From positions 307,024,001-307,088,000 of the forward strand of contig OZ024742.1 of assembly GCA_964016885.1 (NCBI GenBank): a stretch of DNA of 64,000 bases. Reading direction: 5' to 3'. Origin of the DNA: Eledone cirrhosa. Its lineage: Eukaryota. Positions 14,246 through 29,590 of the stretch are shown here, in pieces (position 1 is the stretch's first letter; each line of letters begins with the position of its first letter). Position numbers and translations under genes: made by a program. The notes beneath the pieces are model-generated. The model worked only from the letters and a program-made list of their open reading frames with translations, was not told where the DNA came from and searched no databases.

Positions 14246-14783
14246 TTTTCGAGACACTTTCCTCCATGAGGTCACGCATGTAACCAGTGCACACATCCCA
14301 TCTACACATGTCTATTGTCCATTCCTGAGGTGATGTTTTCACTGATGTTTTACCACGTGACTATTTCACTCCGGAGAAATATCATCAGTTATCACGCTAT
14401 ATAATGTTAGCGGATTACAGCTTGCTTCCGATAAACAAATTCCACAAAGAAATGCCACATACATCTTGTAACTTACTTTCTCATTTTATCATTTTCTTGG
14501 TCTATTCCTTCTTTGCCGTACCTTTCTCATTGCAGACGAAGCGTTAATACCGAATAACGTCATTGCACGATCACACGTGACGTACCACGTTCTATGATCA
14601 TCAACCGTAGAAACGTGAGCGATTCCGTGTGCCTGAGAAAACGAAACATCCGTCAGATATACATCAGAGTCAATCTGTCTGTTGGTCTTGTTTGTTAATA
14701 TGTCTGTTTGAATATCGCTGTCTGTTAATCAATCGATCTTTCTGTCTCTCAACATACATGTGTGTGTGTGAGTGCGTGTGTGT

Positions 14784-14841
<58 letters not shown>

Positions 14842-15034
14842 CCGCGTGTGTGTGCGCGTGTGTGTGTGTTGTGCGTGTATGGGTTTGCACGGATATATAC
14901 ACGTGCGGGTGTTTTTATGTATGAATCTATATGTCTATATGCCGGTGTATTAATCTACTTTTACCTACCTTCTCTCTCTCTCTCTCTCTCTCTCTCGAAA
15001 TATATATATATATATATATGTGTGTGCGTGTGTG

Positions 15035-15077
<43 letters not shown>

Positions 15078-15088
15078 ATATATATACG

Positions 15089-15125
<37 letters not shown>

Positions 15126-15158
15126 ATATGAAACAGTTCTAGTCCAGTAGAAGCCATT

Positions 15159-15207
<49 letters not shown>

Positions 15208-16339
15208 AAAAGAGTCAGGACCCCGACGGATGAGCTCCGGCCGTTTCGACAGCTAAGATCCGAACTATATTAATTGAGTTCTTAACACGCGGTATTAATA
15301 ATGGTTTTGAAATAACTAATTAACCCGCGTGTATTAAATATTTTACTCTTAATTTGGCCAGAGATTTACATTCCCAGATGCCTTTTAAAGCGTAACTTTC
15401 CGTATTTATTACAGTTATGAGATATGGTTTGTTATTTAAGTATCGCTTCTGTTTTTAGCCTAAGAAAATATCTATATGCGTGTGTAACTAATACACGCAT
15501 ACATTTATTTTTTTAAAATCAATTGAGTTCTTAACACGCTGGATTGATAATGTTTTTGAAAAAATTAATTAACCCACGTGTATATTATTTTCTTTTCTCG
15601 TGATTCATGGTTGTCTCCCTTTCCCGCTTCGTGACGCTGTGATACTTCCTCAGTCAAAAGACTGCTGGAATTTCAAATTTGGCGGTCATTCGATGCGTGA
15701 AGGAACAACTTATCAGACACGATTTTTAACTGCGGTAAAAAAAAATTTTCTTATATCAAAGTTTAATGGGCTTCCACTGAAGATTTATAAGTGCCCACCT
15801 AAATATATTCTTACATGAATATATATTAGGCTTCTACATAAACTGGAAATATTCTCCCAATTTGTAGAAAACTTATAATGAAACAATTGTTGGGAAAGAG
15901 AGATATATTTTAACTTTAATTATATCTCATAAAATAATACAACTGGCTTTCCACAAAATACATATAGTTAGCACCCCAAACACTTAAATTGGGTTTATAC
16001 TAACGTATAACCTAATGTTTGTTGAGTGAGATGGTTACCAGTCGGAGTTTAGCTTAAGGCTATCTCTGTTATTGTATTAAATATATATATATATATATAT
16101 ATATATTTGAAAATAAGAAAAAGAATGACTTCACTTGTACTTCTAAATAATTTGATTTAATTTCATAATATTATACATCTAGTAAGTTCTTTATTAGCTT
16201 CGGTGGGAAGAATTTTAAAGATTCCTGGTTAACTTTCTTGGAGAGTTTTCTCGCATTCGTTGGTGGCGATTGTCAAACTGGGATCAGGTTGTGACTCTAT
16301 ATATAAGAGAGATTTGGATTTGGATATATAATTTATTTA

Positions 16340-17935
16340 GTTATGTTCATACAAGGTTTCAAGTTCCATGTTTGACCATATTTCCAGAATGCAAGAGGCA
16401 TTAAAATAGTGACCATTCTTCACGCAGAAGCACCCGAAGAAAAATCACTAATTTATTGCCTCTTGATTTCTGGAGGTATGGTCGAATTTTACTTCCTAAG
16501 CATGGGAAAGACTCACATGCTTTAGAGGCTTGTTGTCCACAAGCATTTCATGTAATGGTGCATTGTAATGCGGCGTAGGTAGTGTTATGCTTCTTCTTTT
16601 GATAGATTAAAGAAGATTGGGATTCGTAATAAGATGCTCATTACTATAACATACTTCCGTGAGGAAGCACCATCTGACTTAACAGGAGCTTGGATGGAAG
16701 GATGTTATAACGCTGATCATCTTATATTTGAACCTATAAATGGGACAAAACATGGGAGCGTAATAGCCCCTGTCTTGTTTGCTATTTACTTTTCACTTTA
16801 AACACTATCATAATGGTGTTTTGTTTGAATTTAAAAGATCAGATGGCTCCTCAATCACCAAAGATTTAAAACCAGGACCCTTACTAAAACAAAAGTGTCT
16901 TTAGAATTCTGGTTTGCGGCTCTGGTAGCTAATTATTTCCGGGGAGCACAAGAAGTTGTCAACTGGTTTTCCTTTGCGACAAAATTTAACTCAACATCGA
17001 CTATAAATAAGTCGTTGTTTTTCTCCCGTGCTTTCTCTGCAACCTGCAGCAAACAATATATTATGTCTATAGTTCCTCTCCCAGCCCTGAAGACACAGTT
17101 TAATCTACCAGGAGAGTTATTATTCTGTTGAGAACAAATCGGGCAAGGATCTCGCCCGCCACAGAAAGCAGTGATATACCCCAATGGCTGTCACACTTTT
17201 TTCCTTTTTCGTTTAAAAATATGGGTCATAGATGACTCTTTAAATTCCTGGGGAACCTGACCACTCTTCCTAATCAAAAGGAACAAATCCACATGCTTAT
17301 GCACAAACACATTACGTCCATATTTTTTAACCTCAGCTGGTATTGCATCCCCACCGGGCGATTTACCTGATACCATTTGATTTATATCTGTTTTGACTTT
17401 GGCATATGATGTGTCAAAGTCCAATTTAAGGATTTCCGAACTTAAAGGAATTGATTCAATAACATCATAATCCACAACAGATGAAAAATATTAAGTTGTT
17501 TCGTTGTATTCTTTCCAGCAATTAAGAATATCACTTTTATCCGTTGGCAAAGTACATCCATACGTTGCTAATACAGATGAGTACTCACGTTGCTTCTTCA
17601 TGCCTTCACGGGAGGTTTTTTATACCCTTTCTATCAGCAGCAGTTTGCAGCTCGGCTTCTTTTGATGAACATCCACCACCCCCCATTTGTCTTCCATTCT
17701 CCTCAAAGCGTTGAACAGTTTGTTTACGGTCTCAGTATTTCTTGTTCGTTGAAGATATCTTAATTGCAACTCATACTTTAGAAGAGGAGTACATCTTTTC
17801 AATTAGTGACTATATTTCCGTTTTATTTCCATTGAACCAATCTTGATGCTTACAATTTGGCAGATCGAGAGTTTCAAATGAAGCAGAATATGTAGCTTCC
17901 TTGAGATTTTTCCATGATTCTTCAAACGTTTCTGA
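16340..17935 (-). mobile_element. Decayed RTE (BovB-like) LINE with an internally inverted RT segment
   Basis: Minus strand: GKSPGGDAIPAE, FRAGRGTIDIIYCLLQVAEKAREKN (16990-17475) and VDNKPLKHV/FPCLGS (16480-16600). Plus strand 16600-16985: GTKHGSVIAPVLFAIYF, LEFWFAA. Confidence 0.8.
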
Positions 17936-18377
17936 AATAAAAGAAAACATACATATGATCATTCAAAGATGTACTGGCAGTCATCGATTCTTTCCATCAC
18001 CCTTGAGAGCTTTGTGTTTATATTAGTAATTAATGTAATTACATAAGCAAATTCCTATACATACAGACAAACATATATTATATACTTAGACAAATGCGTA
18101 CATATAATATAAACTTACGAAAATACGCACACACGCACACATACATACATACATACATACATACATACATACATACATACGTACCTACCTACATACATAC
18201 ATACATACATACATACATAAATACATACATACATACATACATACATACATACATACATACATACATACATACATACATACATACATACATACATACATAC
18301 ATACAACCAGTACTGGTTTAGTTCGGATCTAGCTGCCGAAACGGCCGGAGCTCAGCCGTCGGTGCCCTGACTCTTTT

Positions 18378-18436
<59 letters not shown>

Positions 18437-18612
18437 GGAGCGCACAGGACAAAGACAACGTAAAAAACAACGAAGAAGCGGACAGTTACATCTCCTCCAT
18501 CTACCTCTGAAAATAACTAGGGTTTCGGTGCAATAAGTTTGGTACCATTCATTCCAGCGCACACTGGGACACAACAAAACAAGCAGAGACAAGTTAAGCC
18601 TTTGGGCAAATT

Positions 18613-18664
<52 letters not shown>

Positions 18665-18676
18665 ATATATATATAA

Positions 18677-18757
<81 letters not shown>

Positions 18758-18916
18758 CATATATATATACACACATATATATATTCATATATCTATATAT
18801 ATAAATGTATATAAATGTATATAAATGTATATAAATGTATATAAATGTATACAAATATATACATACATATATATACACACACATATACATATATATATAT
18901 ATATATATACACACAC

Positions 18917-18983
<67 letters not shown>

Positions 18984-19498
18984 TATATATATATATACAT
19001 ATATGTGTCTGTGTGTGTGTGTGCGCGTGTATTTAAATACATATCATGTTTATATGTATGCGAATAAAATAAAGTTAGAAGTTAGAAATAGGACAGAAAG
19101 CGATGAGGAAGTGAATTGAAAGCAAATCAGAGACAGTGAAATGTTAGTTAATTGTTATCGTTCTATAATGTAGCTGTAAAAGCTGCCAAACCATCTAATG
19201 AAGGTGGAAGATGAATCTGTAGGAATAAATTGCGTGCTGTTAAGTCGTGTGTCATTTACTATGGCTAAGTCAATAGGTCAAAGGAAATGTGTTTGGCCAA
19301 CGTTTGACTGAATTTCCTTTCGCTGCCAACTAATACTGCACCCTACAAGCAGAGTTCATACACATATAAACATAGAGACCAGCAATAGACAGAACACACA
19401 TAGATCATCACACACAGCACGCAGACACCAGTCAGTAAATACAGTGAGACACAGCTGTCACATGCCAGTCGGCAAAACGTTGCGAGCGAAAGAAACAG

Positions 19499-19500
<2 letters not shown>

Positions 19501-19594
<94 letters not shown>

Positions 19595-19641
19595 GCATAT
19601 ATATACATACATATATGAGCATATATGCGTATATTTATATA

Positions 19642-19679
<38 letters not shown>

Positions 19680-19761
19680 TATATATGTATATATATGTCT
19701 GTATATATATATATATATATATGTGTGTATATATATATGTATATATATATGTGTGTATATA

Positions 19762-19812
<51 letters not shown>

Positions 19813-19831
19813 GTGTGTATATATATATATA

Positions 19832-19862
<31 letters not shown>

Positions 19863-19909
19863 GTGTGTATATATATATGTATATATATGTGTGTGTGTAT
19901 ATATGTGTG

Positions 19910-19967
<58 letters not shown>

Positions 19968-20101
19968 TGTATGTATATATATATATACACATGTATATAT
20001 ATATATATATATACACACATATATATACACATATATATATATATATATATGCATATATGCATATCTATATACATGCACTATATATATGCATATACATATG
20101 C

Positions 20102-20182
<81 letters not shown>
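19501..20182. repeat. Long compound (TA)n/(TG)n/(GA)n microsatellite, representative of dozens in the window (another pure (TA)n at 30101-30391)
   Basis: Read directly; explains the [12 protein letters not shown] ORFs. Confidence 0.99.
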
Positions 20183-20185
<3 letters not shown>

Positions 20186-20421
20186 TGAAAGAGAAAGATT
20201 GAGTAACACACACAGACACACCAAACAGTATGATCAAGCTGGCAAAAGTTTAATAATTGATGATAAGGAGACAAGCGGTCATTTGTCTCGTGCTACTGAC
20301 GAATCGAGGAAGCACTGGGCACGTGCACACGTTTCCATGTGTATCTGCACGTGTACACTTACATACACGTGTGTGTTTGCATGTGTACTAGAGCATGTCT
20401 CTGTCCCTGTTTCTGTGTGTA

Positions 20422-20503
<82 letters not shown>

Positions 20504-23139
20504 GTGTTAAACAGAAAACGAGTAAGAGAAACATGAGCTTCGATGAGGTGGAGCGGTGATGCATGAACCGAAAAATAAGTCTGTGAATTTGTGTGCGTGT
20601 GTTTGTATTGCGTGAAAGAATGTTCGAAAGAATTTATACGCATGATATATATATATGTGTGTGTATATGTGAGAGAGAGAGATAGAGAGAGTGTGTGTGT
20701 GTGTGTGTGTATGCATGTATGCATGTATGTATGTATGTATGTATGTATGTATGTATGTATGTATGTATGTATGTATGTATGTATGTATGAATGCATGTGT
20801 ATATTTATCTTTGTGAATCAAAGATGATGTGTATATATCCCTTGTTTGTTTAAATAGCTGACAAGAGAAGAATTGATTTTGCAGCTTAGTGAGCCGTTAA
20901 TTTTAAACCTAGAACTAGTAATTGTCATGTATCGCTAGTCAAACATTTTCGCCTTCGTGCCTCGATTAATTAAACTGTAAATAACAAATGGCGGAATTTT
21001 AGAGAAAAATTAACCCTGTTCCACATGACTTCAACTCTGGCCTTAGGAATTTCGTTTCTTGGCAGAGTTGTGTGTTTAAGAATTTTGTTTTACACCAACG
21101 TGAATTAGCGTTCAGTCGCACATATGTGCATTAGCATTCAGTCGCACTGAGTAGATATAGTCTTTAGTTGACCAAAGTCTTTTGAGTACAATTTTTTAAA
21201 CAGAACCTGAGGGACCTTATTCTATTGATGAGCGGCAGACTTAATTCGTTGTCCAGTTTAACAACATCACCTAACCACTGCGTGCCTTTAACAGATTAAA
21301 CTCTGTTGCTATTATTCGTCGGGACAAATTTCCAATCAGAGATTAACTCTTTTTCTTCGTTTTACTAATATTAGCACCCCTGAAATAGATCATGGGTGCT
21401 TGTCAACCTTCCTGTGACTAAACCATTTTAAAATATCTAGGAACGACAGTAGTTTATAACTTTATGAATAACCTGTATAAAATCTCTAGGAATCACATTA
21501 GTTGCTAACTACTTGAATAGCCTGAATATTCTTCCCGTAGAAATTGTCAATGCGAAATTGTCAACCAGAAATTGTCAACGAGCCAGCAATGATTATTACT
21601 GATCATTCTAAGAAGGACTGGCAGTGTCAACGATCTTTTCCATCACCCTGGAGAGTTTTGTGCTTATATTAGTAATTAATGTAATTATGTAGGCAAATAC
21701 CTACACATACAGATTAACACACACATACTTAGAAAATTACGTACATATACTCACATGTATACTTACGCAAATACGCACACACACACACACGCGCGATTAT
21801 AAATGTTAAATTTAGTAGACACTAGTATATTCATGCTCTTCGATATGTTTTTTTTTATGTAGATTGTATGAAATATTTCAAAATGACCTCAACATATTGA
21901 AATCAAAATAATTTCTTGGTTCGTTAACTCCATTGTAAAGTAAATATTGCTGAGTAACGAAGTTATTGATATACTAACTACTATCATTTTGTTACTTAAG
22001 TCTAGGCCTGTCTTGGTCGTATAGACCTCTAAACATAGATGCGCCAAGTATGACCATAACCTCGGTGTCTCCGGAGATCCAAATCTAACACTGTTTTATT
22101 CAACACAACTTAACCTATGAAAGGTAGTAGATGTTCCCTCATTTCTCATAACTTCTGTGTTAAAGTGTATGCTGAGTACTGAGTCACGAGTTTCTATATT
22201 TACTACAGGTGTCTCGTGTTTGTGTCTGAATAAAACATGTTAATCTAATTGCCACAATTTACCTAGTAGAATAATAGAGCAGCATATCTTCTAAGCAACG
22301 TTACCTCTGAAAAACCAGCGAGTAGGGGAGATCAGTTTCTCATCCGCTGAAACAGCAATAAATGAAAACAAAGCTCTATGGAGTATTGTAATTGGTGAGA
22401 ACTTCAACATGTCTTCCTTCAAAAACAAATTCTAGCAAGCCCTGTTTATTTATTTCAACATTACAAGAACTTCACGAAGTCAAGATATAACATACAGAAT
22501 GAAATAAAAAAAATTTAAATATATCTTTGTTAATGTTTAAAAATTTATTTAGCAACTTATTTTACTCAAGCTGTTAAATTTGATTATGTAAAGACTTTGC
22601 AGATCAAGACAATATTGGCTAGAGGCTCAAGACAGTAAATGTGTGAAAAATATAAATGTTTAATATTCATATTTTGAATAAAATTCTAATCACGTTTATA
22701 CTCTTCTCCACATAACATAAATTGCTAAAAATGATGTCTGAGACTAACCATTACTTAAAATACAGTGCACAAATTAAATTTGCCATATTTAGACAGAAAA
22801 ACAGAAAATCACCAAATCATTATATATATACGACTAATCAGGATGTAACCGGTGGAGTACATGTGTTTCTTCATATCGAGTATATATATATAAGACCATT
22901 ATTGCTCCCATCAGTCTACTAACCCTCAGCAAATACCCTAAACCGAATGCCAACCTGTACCCATGTCTCCGGCCAAACAAACCATACCCACCCTCCAAAC
23001 ATTAATCACGTATTCCAACTAGACATGCTTTGTTTCTCTAAATAAATTGATCATATTGTCAGCACGACCAAAAAGGTTCATCACATTCAAAATCCAGCTG
23101 TGCGACCCCATATTGTAAACTTCTTTTATAATCTATCTA

Positions 23140-25480
23140 CGCAAAGGTTAAGTTTGTGAGTCTTCTTTTGCAATTCATATTACCATCTTGTCAATGAGTA
23201 TTTGATCTTTTGTACTCATACTACCTTTCTTACGAACTTTTTGCTCCAGTGGTAATAAACCATGCTCTATCAGGTGCTTAAACCATTCCCCCGCCAAAAT
23301 GGTAGTCAATGGCAAGCATATAATAAGCCTAAAATTTAATACAACGGTATATTTTCTTTAACACATGACAGAGTTCTTCCAGTTGTCATTCACATTGCTA
23401 CATTCCCTTCTTGAAGACAGATTTAAGCTGATGTGCTATTCTGTCATGAAGGGAAGTCCTTTTTTTATCCAGTATCCTTACACTTTGTCTATCCCAGGTC
23501 CCTTCCACTTAGGTGTCTTACTGGCCTTTTTCTTTTCGTTGTCACAGACGTTTTCTTTATTCTGTCCTTTTTTAGCTTGAATTTTTACATTCTTTAAATA
23601 TAACGCTTCTCCATTGTGTACCACAGGATTATCCCAAATATTATTCCAAAGGAGTTTGCTTTCGTTCACATTCGGGCTTATATCATTCTTCCTCATACCA
23701 CGATTTCATCAAATAATTTTCTTTGGTTTTCCTCAAACAATCTATTTTGTCTGTATTATTTGATTCAGGGCGGTGAATTGGCAGTATCGGTAGAGGGTCG
23801 GACACCATGCTTTGACGCATAGCGTTACGGCCCTTGCCATTCTGAGTTCAAATCCCGCCGAGGTTGACTTTGCCTTTCATCCTTACGGGGTCGATAAAAT
23901 AAAGTACCAGTAATACACTGGGTAATTGCTGGCCTTGTGCCTAAAGTAGAAACAATTATTTGATTCATGCGGTGGAATGGCAGTATCGGTAGAGGGTCGG
24001 ACGCCATGCTTTCCAGCATAGTTACGTCCCTTTACGATCTGAGTTCAAATCCCGCCGAGGTTGACTTTGCCTTTCATCCTTACGGGATCGATAAAATAAA
24101 AGTACCAGTAATGCACTGGGTAATTTGCTGGCCTTGTGCCTAAAGTAGAAACAATTATTTGATTCATGCATCATACATCTGTAATTTAGCAGTAGTTGTC
24201 ACAAGAAGTTTTTTCAATTCTTCGTGTACTATATCTAGACCGTTTTTGCTTGTTCAGTTCTCATGATCCACTTTTGATATGGTATTTTCATTCTGCATAT
24301 TTTTCCCAAAATCAGCCCTAGTCTTTTTAATTTTCAACTTAATTTTATTCCTCATTGTGGTTCTTTATTTTCCAATGTATGTTCCCTAATAGGGTTCTTA
24401 ATCCTACTAGTACTGCTACAACATTTGCACCAGCCTGGAGAAATGTGTTTGCTTCTTTGGTATTTATAGTTTCAATTATTTCAATCACTGAGTTGATATT
24501 TCCAGCAATGGCTTTCTACTTGCTTCTGTCAACGTATCTAAATTTTGTGGGTTGGTCACCTTTTCTTATCCTTGTAGCTAGCCGTTTCACAATGTTACAT
24601 TTCCCTTCATCCTATCATCTTTCTCTTGCCACCAAAATATCATTTTCATCAATGTCTAACCCAACCAAGTTGACTTGATTCGTTCTTTGTTGCTCACTTT
24701 CCTCTCATTAATTGGCATTCACTTCCCTAACTTCGTCATCTCTGAAACTATTATTCTCTTCCAATATAACTGCTCTTCTCATCTCTTCAATTTCCACTGT
24801 TGTTAACAACTCATTTGTAATCGCCCTGGCTTGATCGATTAGTTGCTGTTCACTAAATGGAAATAATCCCTTTTCATTTCACCGTGTTTTCATTGTTTTC
24901 ATGTAACCTCTCTTGGAAGGTTCACTTTTCATATAACATTCCATCACTATTTCGTTTGCCTCTTTCTCCTATTTTTTCCGTCTCCCTCTCCTTCTTTGGC
25001 AAGCCTTCGTCGGTAGACGACCGGGTCCATCCTGCTGTACTGTGGAACAACTGTCGGGCGAAGCTCCTTCACTAATTGATTCGGTGGTATTAACGCAGTC
25101 CTGGGTCATGCGAAGACCGAGAGGGAGCATTTGGAAACTAGAATGTCTCCAAGCGCTCACAGTCCTCAGCCAATCGCGCAGTACGATCGGGGAAATTCCA
25201 CCTTGGCGTTCTATAGAGGGTTAGTGACGGGGAAAAAACGACTACATTCTTGGGAAGTCTCTGGGTGTTTACGAAAATCAACTAGCCACTCTTTTCCAGG
25301 GGATTTTCGGTTCAGGGCATAACTTCCAGTGCTACCGAGGAGCTTTGCCAGTTCGAGATAAACTCTAGGCATGGAAGTGCCGTCAGACGGGCCTGTTCGA
25401 GTGTCCGAATATTGCTGACCTGTGGATTTATGTCGAACACCTGATGTCACGTGTGGGACTGATCCGACTCTCATTATGAA
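23140..25480 (-). mobile_element. Decayed R4/Dong-like non-LTR retrotransposon (5' part and putative GC-rich 5'UTR), interrupted by a SINE pair
   Basis: Minus-strand peptides EIVMECYMKSEPSKRGYMK, SEQQLIDQARAI, LWNNIWDNPVVHN, WKGPGIDKV.GYWIK, matching R4/Dong-clade ORFs. Confidence 0.75.
23768..24158 (+). mobile_element. Tandem pair of SINE family A with a triplicated target site
   Basis: ATTATTTGATTCA occurs before and between the two copies, and with one extra T after them. Confidence 0.92.
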
Positions 25481-25576
25481 AATCGCCCCACCGTCTTATT
25501 TTAGAGGGGAAGTACATGTGTTTTTTAACTACCTGATGACCATGACGAAAGAAGTCGTGTGGTAGACGCATGTATA

Positions 25577-26612
<1,036 letters not shown>

Positions 26613-26632
26613 ATATATATATATATATACAT

Positions 26633-26963
26633 GGAGGCACATTGCTTAGTTGTTAGAGCATTGGCCTTGCAATCGAAAGGTTGTGAGTTCAATTCTCAGA
26701 CCGTGTGATGTGTTGTTTCCGTCAGCAAGACACTTTATTTCACATTGCTCCAGTTTACTCAGCTGTAGAAATGAGATGATAGGGACTGGGGTCCATATCG
26801 TTCCACTGCAGAGTGGTCGTGGAGGTGCCACGCAAAAAAAGCACTCACTGTAAATGAGGTTGGTGTTAGGAAGGGCATCCAGCTGTAGAAATCAAGCCAG
26901 AATCAGTTCCCGTCCCACCCTTGCAAGCAGGGAAAAGTGGACATAAAATGAAATGATGATGAT
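26633..26963 (+). mobile_element. tRNA-derived SINE (group B) with an RTE-derived 3' tail
   Basis: tRNA head GCTTAGTTGTTAGAGCA..GAGTTCAATTC, central AGCAAGACACTTTATTTCACATTGCTCC, tail GGTTGGTGTTAGGAAGGGCATCCAGCTGTAGAAATCAAGCC..(GAT)n matching the reverse complement of 40551-40830. Confidence 0.88.
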
Positions 26964-26969
26964 AGATAG

Positions 26970-27695
26970 ATACAAATTTTAGCACAGCATCAACGAAGCT
27001 TTTGGTTGCAGCCGAGCTAACGAATGCAGTTTCGGTGTGCAGCTAAGCACTCAATAGGGAATATTACCCTAGAGTTATCACATTACGTTTAGACACCTTT
27101 GCAAATCAAATACAGCGACCGATAGATGGGCCGCAGTGACCATAGCGACGAAGAAAACCGAACTCAGGAAACATTTTTGATTGACCTGGATCATCGTGTT
27201 AATATCATAGACAACACATAATATATACCATACAATATACATCACATATAATATATAACATCTCCGCTAGGTTTCTGTAAATTCGAAATCGACAAAATCC
27301 ACTTGCAGCGGTCTGCAAGTTAATGGTTTTTGACGACAGAACAAAGGAGTTTACTTCGTCAACAAGTTTTTCGTTCTGGACCTCGCGGTAATCACCGCTA
27401 TAAGACACATGGTTTTCCCAAAGAGAGGTTTTGGCGGTCAATTCGAAATTTGGAACAAAGGAATAAAATTCCCTTACTCAAACCGAATTAAGCACTCAAC
27501 TAGAAGTTATCAAACAAACATAAACAATTATTCAATCAATAGAATTGTCTAATTAAATTAATCAATTAAGCGTTAATTCTAGGAGTTAATAATACAAATT
27601 TTAGCACAGCATCAACAAAGATTTTGGTTGCAGCCAAGTTAACGAATGCAGTTTCGGTGTGCAGATAAGCACTCAATAGGGAATATTACCCTTGA
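26970..27695. repeat. ~620-bp unit bounded by ~100-bp direct repeats, ending at (TA)n
   Basis: ATACAAATTTTAGCACAGCATCAAC...CACTCAATAGGGAATATTACCCT at 26970 and 27592. Confidence 0.85.
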
Positions 27696-27719
27696 GAGAT
27701 ATATATATATATGTATATA

Positions 27720-27809
<90 letters not shown>

Positions 27810-27837
27810 TATGCATATATATACATATATATATACT

Positions 27838-27905
<68 letters not shown>

Positions 27906-28246
27906 TATACGTATGTGTACGTGTCTGTATCTGTGTCTATGTACGTATGTATATACACTCATGCACATATAAAGAGAGACAGAGATATAATAGATATAAG
28001 TACATGCATTCATATATACATATATACACACGCATTTATAAATACATACATAAATACATAAATGGATACAAACATATATTCATTAGACGTTTTGTGCAAG
28101 AGACCCGTGCTATAGAATTTAAATAAGTATTGCAGTTCTGACAGTGTCTAAAGAGTTGAGAATTGAAAATATAAAACAATGGAACTATGAAATTACATAA
28201 ACTGAAGACGCTCAGCTATAATAGGAGAAGCAAATCAAAGAGAAAA

Positions 28247-28370
28247 GATCGAAGAGAATTGACACATGAACCAGAATCCCTCATGTAAACATTTGCCAAA
28301 GAAGCACATTACATAATTCATATCTCTCTATCCCTCCCCTCTTTCTCACCCTCCTCACTCTTCCCCTATG

Positions 28371-28462
<92 letters not shown>

Positions 28463-28578
28463 GCGGAAGAATGAGGAGGGTGAGAAAGAGGTAGAAGAGA
28501 GACATGAATTATGTAACGTGCGTCTTTGGCAAATGTTTACATGAGGGATTCTGGTTCATATGTCAATTCACTTCGATC
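28247..28578. repeat. Inverted ~120-bp arms around (TA)n
   Basis: ATGAACCAGAATCCCTCATGTAAACATTTGCCAAAGA versus TCTTTGGCAAATGTTTACATGAGGGATTCTGGTTCAT. Confidence 0.9.
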
Positions 28579-29288
28579 ATATATGAGGGGGCGGAATTTC
28601 TGATAGGACCCTCTGGAAAACGTGTCTGAGTCTTCTGCGCCCATTACACTCCCAGGAATAAATGTACGAAGAGTAAGAAAATATATATATATATATATAG
28701 ATATATACAAATAAAATATAGAGTTATTAACTCATATACATACCCTGCAATTAACAAGCTCAAAGTATAAATACTGAGCATTATAATATTAATATGTGTA
28801 GAAGTAAACACAGTAAACCCGTGTCTAAAATTACGAGGGTAGATTACACCACAAATGTTATATATCATTCAACCTGAATCATATGGGATGTTACAAGATT
28901 TCTTACAAGATGTCTCATACATACCATATCAATAACCATTTCATCTCCCGAACAGACTAGAGATTTAATCTGTTTCGCCCTGAATGAATCCTGTTTGTAA
29001 CAAGTAATCCGTAGGCATTTTGTCAGCAGGAGATAAGACTAAATGTTACATAACACCTATAAAAATAAACTCACTAAAGTTTACACCTCGTGCGTTGAAA
29101 GTCATATGCGGTGCGAGTGGTTATGCTAGAAATAATAGCCTATTTACACTCATTTTTATAAGCTCAACAGATAACGAGCCGAAATACAAATAAAATATAG
29201 AGTTATTAACTCATATAGATACCATCGTATACCCTCATATAGATACCCTCGTAATTTTAGACACGGGTTTACTGTGTTTACTTCTACA

Positions 29289-29590
29289 AGGTTGTGAGTT
29301 CGATTCTTGGACCGGGTGATGCGTTGTGACCTTGAGTAAGAGACTTTATTTTACGCTGCTCCAGTTTACTCAGCTGTAGAAATGAGTTGCGACGTCACTG
29401 GTGTCAAGCTGTATCGGCCATTGCCTTTCCCTTGGACATCATCGGTGGCGTGGAGAGGGGGGGGGGGGGGCATGGACGACTGCTGGTCTTCCTCATACAA
29501 CCTTGCCCGGACTTGTGCCTCGGAGGTAAAACTTTCTAGGTGCAAAGGCCATGGCCATGGTCATTCGTGACCGAGGGACGTCTTTACCCA
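29289..29590 (+). mobile_element. SINE group B copy (related copies at 30488-30620, and on minus at 13560-13652 and 34030-34310)
   Basis: GGTTGTGAGTTCGATTC...CCTTGAGTAAGAGACTTTATTTTACGCTGCTCCAGTTTACTCAGCTGTAGAAATGAG shared with 26633. Confidence 0.8.

Noticed and set aside
19432-20237. Long [12 protein letters not shown] ORFs here and throughout the window
   Set aside because: Translations of dinucleotide microsatellites.
25320-25380. HDV-like ribozyme suggested by GCTCCTCGGTAGC on minus
   Set aside because: P1, P1.1 and P2 could not be placed in the required order.
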